Assembly: GCA_010093705.1 (NCBI GenBank) | Contig: MU006098.1 | Span: 417,981 to 481,980 of the forward strand | Direction of reading: 5' to 3' | DNA: 64,000 bases | DNA from: Patellaria atrata CBS 101060 | Lineage: Eukaryota | Shown: positions 38,134 through 49,588 of the stretch, in pieces | Numbering within the stretch: position 1 is the stretch's first letter | Layout of the letters: every line of letters begins with the position of its first letter | The notes under the pieces: model-generated | What the model was told of the DNA's origin: nothing | Seen by the model: only the letters and a program-made list of their open reading frames with translations | Database searches by the model: none | Translations under genes and position numbers: made by a program

Positions 38134-40834
38134 ATGGAAGTCATGCAGTCGGCTGTGAGGCTTCCCACCCCAGACCCCGAATATATTGCTCCACCATCTA
38201 GTACAAAGCGCAAGCGCTCACCACCATCTCGATCACCGTCCCCACGCCGTCGTCGCTCTCCACCTCGCCGAGAGTCACTGTCTGCGAGCCCGGAGCGCCA
38301 CCATCCCGTTCCAAACAATGACCACCGCGAACATATAGATGTGCGCCAGCACCAGCTTGACCTTAGATTCAAACAGTTGGAGCAGCAGAATAAGAAGACG
38401 GTAGAGTCGAAACCATTGACAGCGGAAGAGAAGCAAGCAGCTGCGAAAGCTGAATACGAAAAACTGCTGAATATGAGGTCTGGTGGAACCTACATTCCTC
38501 CGGCAAAGCTAAGAGCGCTCCAAGCGGAAATCACGGATAAAACTAGCAAGGAGTACCAAAGAATGGCTTGGGAGGCTTTGAAGAAAAGTATCAATGGTTT
38601 GATCAACAAAGTCAACACGAGCAATATCAAACATGTACGTAGTTTGATCATAGTATCATTTGAAAAGCATACTGATTTTGCCACAGATTGTCCCTGAACT
38701 ATTCGGTGAGAATCTCGTCCGTGGACGAGGCTTATTCTGCCGCAGTATCATGAAAGCTCAAGCAGCGAGTTTGCCGTTCACTCCAATATACGCAGCTATG
38801 GCCGCGATCGTGAATACAAAGCTTCCACAAGTTGGAGAGCTGTTGGTTAACCGACTTATTATTCAATTCCTTAAAGCTTTTAAGCGCAATGATAAGGCCG
38901 TTTGTCTCTCTAGCACCAATTTTATTGCCCAGCTCGTGAACCAGCAGGTCGCGCATGAGATGCTTGCAGCGGAGATATTATTGCTCTTACTCCACAAACC
39001 TACGGATGATAGCGTCGAGATTGCCGTGGGGCTCACACGGGAGGTAGGGCAACATCTAGAAGAGATGAACGGTCCAATTGCGCTTTTGGTGTTCGACCAG
39101 TTTCGGGGAATTCTACATGAAGCTAAGATCGATAAACGCACACAATACATGATTGAAGTTCTGTTTCAGGTCCGAAAAGATCGATATAAGGATAACCCCG
39201 CTATCAAGGATGAGCTAGATTTGGTTGAGGAGGAAGATCAAATTACTCATCGTCCATCTCTACAGGACGACAGTATTACAACGGAAGATGGGCTCAACAT
39301 TTTCAAGTTCGATCCTGATTGGCAAGAGAACGAAGATGCATATAAGAAGCTCAAGGCCGAAATCTTAGGAGAAGCAGATGATAGTGATGATGGTGAAGAG
39401 TATGAGACAGATGAAAGCGAAGAGGACGAAGAAGCGAAAGAAGAGAAAGCACTGGAGATAAAAGATCAGAGCAACACGAACCTTGTCAATCTACGGAGAA
39501 CCATATACTTGACTATCAAGTCTAGCGGGTCTTTTGAGGAAGCTTGTCATAAGCTCATGAAGATCCATCTACCTGGTGGTCAAGAGCCCGAACTTCCATC
39601 GATGATTATCGAATGTGCCTCACAGGAACGCACCTACGACAAGTTCTACGGTCTTATTGGAGAACGATTTTGCAAACTCAATCGATTGTGGTCAGATCTC
39701 TTCGAGAATGCATTTGCAACTTATTACGACACAATTCATAGATACGAGACCAATCGTCTTCGTATTATCGCGCAGTTCTTCGGTCACCTACTTAGTTCCG
39801 ATGCCATCGGTTGGCATGTCATGTCCGTCATTCGTATGAACCAAAACGACACCACATCTTCTTCTCGTATCTTTATCAAAATACTCTTCGAAGAACTAGC
39901 ACAGGCTATGAGCATGAAGAATTTGACAGAGCGTATGAGAGATGAGACACTGCAGACCAGTTTCGAGGGCATCTTCCCCAAGGACGATACGCAAAAAACT
40001 CGTTTCTCGATCAATTTTTTCACAGCCATCGGTATGGGAGCTATTACCGAGGATATGCGTGAATATCTGAAAAACATACCCAAACCAGAACCCTCTGCCC
40101 TTCCCACTTTGCCGGAGTCCGACTCCGAAAGCGTTTCGAGTTACTCGAGTTACAGTAGCGATAGCTCGCGCTCGCGCTCACCATTACGATCCATGTCTCG
40201 AGATGCGCCGCGCCGACGAGACCGCAAAGCTAGTCTCTCCAAATCTCCTTCTCGTAGCCCGCCGCGTCGTCGGGGACGCTCCCCCACTCGCTCATTTTCT
40301 CGCTCCGTCACCCCTCCTCGCCGAAAGGGTGCCCAACGCAGGTCAAACTATTCATCTTCACGTTCGAAATCTCGTAGGCGAAGCGCCTCTCGAACCCCGC
40401 CCCCTCGCCGCTCACGCCAGTATTCTCTCTCCCGGTCGCCAACACCCCGCAGATCTCGATCGCGAAGTCCATACCGAGCCCGCAACACACAAAACGGGCG
40501 GAGACCCCCGCCCGATTCTCGATCTCCATCCCGATCTCCCGTCCGGAAACGTCACAGTAATGGTAAACACCCCGACCGACGACCTTCGCCGCCACCACGA
40601 TTTAAGGAGCGCAGTCTCTCGCCTTATAGCAAGCGAGTTCTGCTCACCCGCGGCGGTCCACCACCAAGACCCGCCGTTCCACCCCCTCGACAAGCGGCTA
40701 GACAAGAGGACAGAAGGAGGTACTCGACATCGCGCAGTAGGTCGCCTAAACCGAGGAGGTCGAGAGGGTCTCCGTCTTTTTCGCGGGACTCGGTTGGACC
40801 GGGAAGGAGGAAGAATAGCGGTGGTTATAGGTGA
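38134..40834 (+). CDS. CWC22: Pre-mRNA splicing factor CWC22 (MIF4G + MI domains, RS-rich tail); intron 38635-38686
   Basis: [84 protein letters not shown] and [12 protein letters not shown]. Confidence 0.95.
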
Positions 40835-41246
40835 ATTGTACATTCAGATTTAGCGATTGCATATTTTATTTTGCGGATATGGGGCAGAAACATCATGTCT
40901 AACTGAAGAATGTCATTGAAGTGAAGTCAAGGCCGTTACATACTTTTGGGTCGAGAGAAGCAGATAGGCTATACTGTAGCTTTTAATTTAGAAACTCTTA
41001 TCAATTCTCATCTATCCAAAGATTGACCTGATTCACGCTAAGATATTTTAAAAAGAATGATTTCCAATACTTCTACAACCCGAGTGTACTCATACATGAA
41101 ATCTGGACCTTCTAGATAGGCAACGCTAACCACCATAAAAAGCCGCCGTTACTAGCCACGCATCTCAGTGTTAAACACAACCCACTGAACGCCAAGCACA
41201 GATCCTAACATAGCCCCCTGAAGCAAGTGGAACTAAATCGCGCACT

Positions 41247-42900
41247 CTACTTAACATCCACAACAACCATGATACCCAAAGCGTCCATTCTCCTATCGCC
41301 CTCTATCTCCTCCCTTGCCCTCTCCCATTCCTCTTCTTTCTCCACAGCGATAAAGCCATTGGGAGTGAGGACGTTGAGAGAGAACTCGGGGACCATGACA
41401 TCTGATTCGCGCAGGCGTGTTGACACTTCACGCTGGATGTCCTCGAAAAGGGACGAGGAATGGGGTGAGGTGACTGGATCAGGTTGGGATAAAACGGGAG
41501 GGGGTGCAACTTCGAATGGAACGAGACTCTGTGGGGAAGGAGGTGCAGTATGATCGGGGGAAACGGTGAATGTGATACGAATGGTGGAGGGCTTAAGAGG
41601 TACGAAGGATGTTTGCAGAGCGGGATCAAGGGGCGTTAATGACGACTGGAGGGTTCAAGTATTAGTATGTGGGTTTGATCCAAGTTTGTACGCTTGATAT
41701 TTGCTTTGTGGAAGCAAACATGGGAAAACACACCTCGTGCTGTTGCTGAGCAGCATCAATCGAACCGACGGAGCCACTTCTGATGTTCTCCTCTTGTGGA
41801 AACGACGTGGTTTCCTTGCCTTTTTTCGAGGGCCCACCGCCTTTCCTCGTAACCACGGCATATTGTCTCTGACGTTCATTTGTGACCATTCTTCTTAACA
41901 GTGGCGTGACCAGAGTAACGATTTTAGTCCCATCTCTGGGCCATACCCACTTCCTTGGAGGCCGCTCGCCATCAGGATACGGCTTGCCCGTTTCATCTAT
42001 TTCCGGAGCAGGTGCGCTTTCACTAAAGTACTTATCGCCAACGCCAGTGGTAAGGAAGTCACGAACGCAATTGAACAGCTTGAGCTTCACCATGTCAGTG
42101 TCGCCCTTTCCACGACTTCCTACACACTCCTGACGCTCCGGATTCTCTGGGTCGAGCATATAAGCCTTTGCCTCACCTTGCAGGTGAATGAAATTCTCCG
42201 GTGAGAGCTGAAGTGAGGCGTAGAGCTTCGACATTGGCGGTCGAGTGTATTTTTTGGCACCAGCCGCAGTGGGTTCACGAAACAGGGCAGCAGCTGAAGC
42301 CATGCCGGGAAAGCGCATCTCGGTTCGTTGAGACGAGGAAGTATTTTTATTTGAAGGCGAGGAATTGTTGTTCGTACTCTCTACTTGCGCCTCATCATTT
42401 GTTGAAACTAGAACGTCGTTCTGCTTCTGTCGCTTGGCGTCGGGTGTAGTTGGATCAGCAGCTATAGCTGGATCGAGGTTGACTTGTAGGTCTTGTTCGA
42501 GAGAACTATTATTGGCATCGTCCAAGGAGCGTTTTCTCTTGCCAAGCTGAGAAGTATGAGGGCTCTGTCGTAGCTCATCAACGGTTCGCGAGGGCTGTAA
42601 TATCCTCCCTGCTTGGTCTCTTGACTCGCTAGAACCGTTCTGTACTGTAGCAGCTTCTAACAACTCAGCTATCCCGTTTGACTCCAATCGTTGATGTTCT
42701 TCAAGGGCCTGTTGCGCTTGGTGATTGAAGGTCTCCAGCATATTGGGTGTTCGCGGAGCATCCGGATATGGAGCTGCCAATGACGCGACACCTTGAGTGA
42801 CTGCATATTCTTCTTCGTTGGCTTGATAGCCATTGGGATGTCCAGCGTGGGATCCCCCTTGAAAAGAGAGTTGGTGGTAGTATGGCGCCGAAGTAGACAT
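41247..42900 (-). CDS. Conserved fungal hypothetical protein, probably nuclear; exons 42900-41734, 41645-41247
   Basis: Long ORF with a basic KRKRS patch and a globular-looking core (YTRPPMSKLYASLQLSPENF...LLRRMVTNERQRQYA). The GTGTGT...ACTAAT...CAG intron (41733-41646) links to a 133-codon open exon ending ...VVVDVK-TAG. Confidence 0.75.
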
Positions 42901-45900
42901 AATCAGTTTGAATACGTTAAAGGACACGATGAGCTGGCGATAGACGAACCAGACCACACCGTCCCGCGGGTCAAAGTTAGTGTATTTGAAAATCCAGTAT
43001 GCCTCTACGAAACGAGTGAAAGCAGGAAGCTATATGATGGTTAGCGATGGAAAGAAAGTTCTTCAGGTAAGCAAGCCAGCAAGCGACCTAGAAGGCCTCT
43101 AAATAAAAGCATGGTGATTTGTATGTTACAGTCAGTAAGCCCTCGGGAGTCGCTTGCGGAGAACTGGATAATGGAAAATGGGAACGGGTGTACGTGAGGA
43201 GAAAGAGAACATACCAAGCAGAAACGATATGAGTACCGCAGTAAATTGAGGGAGGTTTCGCTTTTTTGTTATGTTTGCGAATAAGCTTGGCATTAAGTGC
43301 ACTAGGACTGATTTGGCGAGCTGAATTTCTACAAAGTATCTCCCACCACATATAACTTCAACTTCTCACTTTATTATATTTCGCTTCTGCTTATATGCAC
43401 GATTCCTCCAATGCTAATGATGCTCGATCAAACATGTGCGCTTGACGGCCTAAAGTAGCAATCACTCTAAAGTCACTTGTCCTTCTTTCGATACCCTTGC
43501 CTCTCTTACACGTTCATAACAGCCGTCAATTATGCGCTATGCGATCCCTAGATCTTTAACTCTCTCCTCTCAGTCGTCTGTGCAAGTGAAACTCTTACGC
43601 TTATAAGATATCACCTTCTCTTAATTTCCCACTTCGCCGTTTCTTTTTATCACCTTTTGACTATAATGCAATTGAATATGGCCGTATTAGGCCAGTCTTC
43701 CTGCGTTCTAGGCCAGGACGGCCTATGTCATTGACGATACACGAAAGGGCTCGCTCGTCTACGCATAATAGCATTACTATAGTCTACAACTTCATATAAA
43801 CATGTCAAGAAAACCTTGTACTTGCAGTCATCGCGACGATAGAGAGATGACAGTGCAATCTGATGGTACGGCATCCATTTCAGACTCCTACCCGATTCTC
43901 TTCGCGTCTCGTAAACTGCACGTTAGTGTTATTTCATCACTGGAAGATCGTGATATCTTGGACCCTATGTGCAGAGATTTTATCAAGGACCAGTCCCTTC
44001 AATTTCGTCTTATTATCCGTACAGTCTTGCATCGTTTGTGACACTCAAAATCAGACAGTCAATTATTAGTGTTATCAGCATTATCGCGAGAGTGTACAGA
44101 GTTACCTGTTTAAATCAAAGTTTTAGTTCCTTCTCCCATGCACGCTCTTTCCGTATCATGGCATGCGTGGGATATGAATCCGTTACATTCAAAAGGACTT
44201 GCCTCGATTTTGTAGAACATTCACAGAGCATAATTCAACCGGACTGTATAGAATGAGTAAATTATACGGACAGACTAACTGGCAATAGTAAATTGTATTT
44301 GTTTGTACACGGTTCCCCTCCTATTGTAACCAAAGGGTCCTAGAATGAGCAATATCTAAGAGAATGATGAAGACAAGAAATAACGTGATGAAACTGAACG
44401 GACGTATTGGCCTTGTATATTCAAATTCTGAAGACTAGTCCCACCAAGAGTGCGGTGAATACTGATATAGAAACAGTGCGTATAGAACAAAGGTACTCTC
44501 GCTTCTGAATCTGCTCCAAAGTACTAACTATAACTAATGCAAATTGCAAACGGGATGAGTTGTCCTCTTATAAGACCAACAGAAATCCTCCCCTTTCATA
44601 AGACATTCCTCTTCTCAGAACGTAATCGTTACAATCGGAAGGAACCGCAAGGAGAAAAAGTGAATGCTGGACCACGGAAAAATCGTTTGCTCGAAAAGTA
44701 GAGTGAAGTCAAATTTTTTAAGGGATATCTCGACATGAGGCCCTAAGATGTATCATAACTTGGGTGGGCACCTAGAATCGTTGAAAGGAGGTGTAAACTC
44801 TTATACTCTCATTGTTGGCGCTGAACGTTTGTCAAAGAAGCATATAAGGAAGAATAATGATTATAAGAGGAGATATAACAGCTAACTTGGTTGGAGCTCT
44901 CGAGAGACTCAGTGTTGGATAGCAGAATCCAGCGATCGGCTGGTAGGAGCGTGGTTTATGAGGAGGTCCAATTAGTAAAGTGCATAGACAGGACGCCTAC
45001 AGTTCTTCAAGGCCATATTCTCTTCCCCACTTGGTCCGGGGAAACTTCAACAAAGTGATAGGGAAGGTTTGACTATCCGAGGGTCTCCATGGTATTTTGA
45101 TTCTGCATCTCCATATGTAATTACGCTTTAATGCTAATGATAGCAAGCGACGTCATTGAAAACTGGAACTCACCGAGATGATGTTCATTATGTTCGAATC
45201 ACCACAAACCTAAGCTTGCTAATGGCAAGTCGCACGGTAATATCAATATTGTACGTCAGCAAATTATTGCATGGAGTAAGGTCCACTCGAAGCGTCGTCA
45301 CGCGGTGCTTGGTACAATCTTTATCGGCTCATAAAGGTTGTATTTTACAACTACACCAAATATGTTCTTAACAGCTGCTCTCCATCGTAAAAGCGGTAGG
45401 ACATAACCTACTTGGTGGACATCGGTAACGTTTCGCGATTACGTTGGCCCCGCGTATTCTAACTGTGAGGATTGTGAGCTACTCATGACTCCCAACTAAG
45501 TCACTATTACCGCCATAGTATATTACGTTCTATGTACTGCATGATACAGTTCTACGAAGTTGCCCTTGTAGCTTTATGGGTCCGATACTCTGACTATAAC
45601 AACACCACATTGTCGATATATACAGTACAAGTACCACAATCGACTCATTCGTTGTACTGACACGAGTTTTCTGGATTTTAACCAGTTATTAATGTCCTCA
45701 CAAGGTCTATAACCTGTAAGACATGGGTAGGGAACGGTTCGTTATATGTTCTAAGCGCTATGAACGCTAGCTATACGGCATGTGTTGCTTTTGTGAGTCC
45801 TAATGAAGTCGATCAGTCGATAATGAGGGCAACTGGCGGAAGTCCCCTTGTATGAATCAGAGACGAAATGAACGCAGATCAGAATGGAGGTAAGGATTCT

Positions 45901-46552
45901 ATTAAGCTTAGATGTCCATAGCAGTCTCAATAGCGTAATCTGCGGGTGATTGTTATCGCTACGAAGAGTCATTTACCTTTATATGTCCGTTCTACCTGTC
46001 GCCCTTCCGATCTCTACAGTAGATGATTATTTCTAGCTTTTCTCATCAGCGATACAGCATGTGCAGTGCAATCCGAGGTAAACCTCATATCTGCACAGTT
46101 TTACGAAATACGATCTATCAGGACACCCCACAATGCACAAGACGCTGTCTGGACATGTTAACGATTACCTTACTCTGTACCCGGAAGTGCTTAGAGTAAG
46201 AGTATTCCATACTTATCTAGCCCAAATCCGGGCGATTTTCTATCGATTATATCATCAAGATGCCCCGGCTCCTTGCGTTATTCGTTCCACGACGGTAATG
46301 CAGACTCCGCGTCGTGATACGCCGGGATCCTATCAGCGCCAGTGATACATCTTACACTGCCATACTTTCACAGATAGTTCGTTGACAGTCTTACTGTCGA
46401 GGATGTTTTTATTCGTGCATCAGGGGGAGGACGTCTTCGCGTTGTAAAAAGCGAGCGGTTTGCTGAACTGAGAAAATGCGAATCGTCGGAATATTTAGGC
46501 TTGTTCGGATTTCTATTTCTTCGCCATCCGTTCAGTTGCATATTCTACCAAG

Positions 46553-47077
46553 ATGCGTGCGCCGTTGTCCTTCGCTTTTTATTCAACCTTAGTCTCCTGG
46601 GCTATATGCATGCCTCCCCCGTTGAAGGAAGAGCGTCAAGGTCTCCCTGGAGTATAGTATCCCCTTTCTTGTCATTCTTGGACTGTCTTCATATTGACTC
46701 TCTTTCAGGTCTACATATGCGAAGACATTTACTGGCAAGGGAACTGCATATGGTTGAGCCGTCCGCTTGCCACTTGTTATGATATTGAACCCACGGTCTC
46801 TTCTATCGGACCAGATCCTGGGATTGTATGCGTATTCTTTGAGTAAGGTCCCTCAGATTCGATCTCTGATTTAGGTTCTTCAGCATTCATATTCCGTCGA
46901 TTGACATTGGTCCTAATGTTTGACGTTTGTAGGAACGGCTTCTGCAGCACGGTTACCACATGGCACAGATTTGAGTATCCGGGAGTAGATAATCTTGTGT
47001 CTATTGGGCTCAATGATCGATTCAGAAGTTACTCTTGTTATAATTCAAGGGAGGAGGCCCAAGTTGCACTCGATTGA
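46553..47077 (+). CDS. Small secreted cysteine-rich protein (125 aa), beta/gamma-crystallin-like; exons 46553-46651, 46709-46842, 46933-47077 (not in ORF track)
   Basis: Spliced product MRAPLSFAFYSTLVSWAICMPPPLKEERQGLPG|VYICEDIYWQGNCIWLSRPLATCYDIEPTVSSIGPDPGIVCVFFE|NGFCSTVTTWHRFEYPGVDNLVSIGLNDRFRSYSCYNSREEAQVALD. Hydrophobic N-terminus, six Cys in the mature part, introns GTATAG..TTGAC..CAG and GTAAGG..TTGAC..TAG. Confidence 0.78.
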
Positions 47078-47780
47078 GCGTACAATCAACATACTACTTT
47101 CCATTATAGCTGTTGGACCAATCGGATTAGACGTTAGACGAGCCAAAAAGACTTACATAGTAACTATGAGATGTCTAAGGACCACTTAGTACCCTTAATA
47201 TTGCAGTCATTTTGCCAGCCTTTACTTCAACTGTGTTCCTTCAGACTCCTTAATTTCCTATCATTCAATTTCCTTCAATGTACGTTGAGACGAGATGGAG
47301 CCGAAGAGTGTAGCTTGTCGTGGAGTTGAGTTTGCCGTGCGGTCCCCAGTTCCCCACTAGTGTACTTTCGGAGAACGAAATTCTTCGGTTCCTTTTTGAC
47401 CGTCACATCTAATCACCCAACTGGTCGAGCACCGAGAGATTGTTCTAAGTTACAAGTTTTTAGCAGATCTATGTACAATGGAACCTTAAAATGTATTGTT
47501 TACGGCATACTCCATCCTCCTCAACGTAACCCTCAGCACCGATTTCCGTTCTGATAAGCCTCTATCAGCAACATCACGAGCTGTCTTTTGGCAATTAGGA
47601 GTGGGCTGGTTGAGGGATTGTAATTAAGGTGGATTTGTCCGGTATACACAGCCCCTTTTGTCAAATTCTCCATCCATCAGGTTTCAATCTCATCGTATTA
47701 TGCTAAAATCTATATATATCTGTCATATCAAACACACTGGAATTCTCATTTCAGCTATTAATCCAATCTGACAAGCTACT

Positions 47781-49124
47781 ATGGCTTCGGCGAACCGTTC
47801 CGTTGGCAATATCTATGACAATAGCCTTGTTTTGGAATTCGAAAGGAAACCCGCTGCGAGTACTGAAAGACAACCGTCGTTGAACCACCGGAAAAGCGTT
47901 GATTCTGTTGAGGGAACTGCGAATAGCGCGAGCGAGCTCCTTCAATCCCATATTTCGAACGAGGATATTTGGAAACGCCTAGAATCTCTTCAACCTGTAG
48001 GGAAAGAGAATGGAGGCTATGAAGCCGTAGTTAACCCAAAGTTGCTCACCTTTGCGAAACAGAAACCTATTCAGCCACCACGGCTTCCAAAATCCCTTCC
48101 AGAAAGGCTTGAAATAGAAGAACTTCTTTCAGATGGCTATGCGTCTGTTTCCTCGGACGCTGATGTGCTTCGTCGGGAATTCGAGTTGATTCAAATTCTT
48201 CAAAAGACCCAGAAACCCGATAACCCTGATGATAGAGTGGATCGTAATGAGCTTTCGGGTTATCTCATTCAGCTTGATCGTTTATCAAAAGGGCGCATAG
48301 CGTCTGTCATTTCACCCCAGCCACCTCCCGTTCGCGCTTTGGCCCGAATGATAGAGACGAACGGAAACAAAGGGATTGACCTTATCATTGATGATCTTAC
48401 GCTCACAGCACAATGGCTTGTCTCGGAAGGGGAAGCTGACAACGGTATGTTACGACACACTCTCTTAAAGCGAGTGCATATTCTAGACGCGGCACTTCCA
48501 ACTCACCTCCGGGGCTATGCACAGACAGCTCTTATGCACGTCGAACATGAAATCCTGGAAAGACCCTACGTAAACGATGAAACTATGCTCGGCGATCAGG
48601 TATCGGATATTCCAAGGTCGAACTTCTGGGCCAGCGAGGATGGATATGCATGGGATATGGAAGAACTTGCGGCCGCGCTATCTGCCAACGGTGGGGTCAT
48701 GCGAAATCCTTTGAGCAGAGAGCTGTTTTCACCGGAAGATGTACGTTCTATTGTGCAGCACCCATTAGGCGGCCATCTAGGAGCTCTGCAAGTCCAGCAG
48801 GCTGAGCTTGTGAAAGGGCTACGTCAAAGTACGATTGAGAGATTGAGCCAATTATCCAAGCTCCTGCTAGAGGATCAAAGTCTGGACTCTATCCCCAGCC
48901 GACGGGGAATCGATGAGTTTCTAAATTACCTGGCCTCCCTTCCAGCAAGTGAACAGAAGGCAGTGGATATGCTGCGTGTTCCTGCTCGGGATAGCCATAC
49001 CGGTCAAGCTTACGACTGGTCAATTGGAGATGCACTTAGAGATGGGCAAGCAAATAAAGTATGTTTGCATAAGACTGGTGATTTTATTGGCCAGGCTGCT
49101 ACCCACCTCAAACTTCAAAGGTGA
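47781..49124 (+). CDS. Hypothetical protein (447 aa) with a C-terminal domain containing a U-box/NleG-like motif
   Basis: Intronless 447-codon ORF. Segment NDETMLGDQVSDIP...SEDGYAWDMEELAAALSANGGVMRNPLSRELFSPEDV. The function is inferred from motif resemblance only. Confidence 0.75.
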   Translation: MASANRSVGNIYDNSLVLEFERKPAASTERQPSLNHRKSVDSVEGTANSASELLQSHISNEDIWKRLESLQPVGKENGGYEAVVNPKLLTFAKQKPIQPPRLPKSLPERLEIEELLSDGYASVSSDADVLRREFELIQILQKTQKPDNPDDRVDRNELSGYLIQLDRLSKGRIASVISPQPPPVRALARMIETNGNKGIDLIIDDLTLTAQWLVSEGEADNGMLRHTLLKRVHILDAALPTHLRGYAQTALMHVEHEILERPYVNDETMLGDQVSDIPRSNFWASEDGYAWDMEELAAALSANGGVMRNPLSRELFSPEDVRSIVQHPLGGHLGALQVQQAELVKGLRQSTIERLSQLSKLLLEDQSLDSIPSRRGIDEFLNYLASLPASEQKAVDMLRVPARDSHTGQAYDWSIGDALRDGQANKVCLHKTGDFIGQAATHLKLQR

Positions 49125-49588
49125 TCGCGGATTTGGCAGAGCTCGCTTATCATTGCCATTACAGATTGGTATGGTTGTCAATAGAGAGGTTCTGGTATCT
49201 CAGACACCAATAACACTTACAGTTGTAACGTATCCTAACGATATTGGTCTTCAGCAGATGAAAAACTTTTGAGTTAGATCCATACTTGGTATCCTTTTTC
49301 TCAACCTGAAAATTTCTAAATCAATTTCACAATATTCTTTATGCTTGGTTATGTTCAGTCGGCGGACTTCCTCCCGCGTCACGGACAGCATCAATTAAAG
49401 TTTCACGAGTGCTAAATAAGTACTATCCAAGCTACTCGTCTGAAATATTGACAATACTCGGTTATTTGTACGTACCTTACGGTTCAAGGTATCCAACTGT
49501 TCCTACTTCTGGAACAATATAGTCAGAATCATCTTTAGAAATCGACCGCAGAATTAACGGGCCTTCCCGGCAAAGTGGAAGTAATGAA

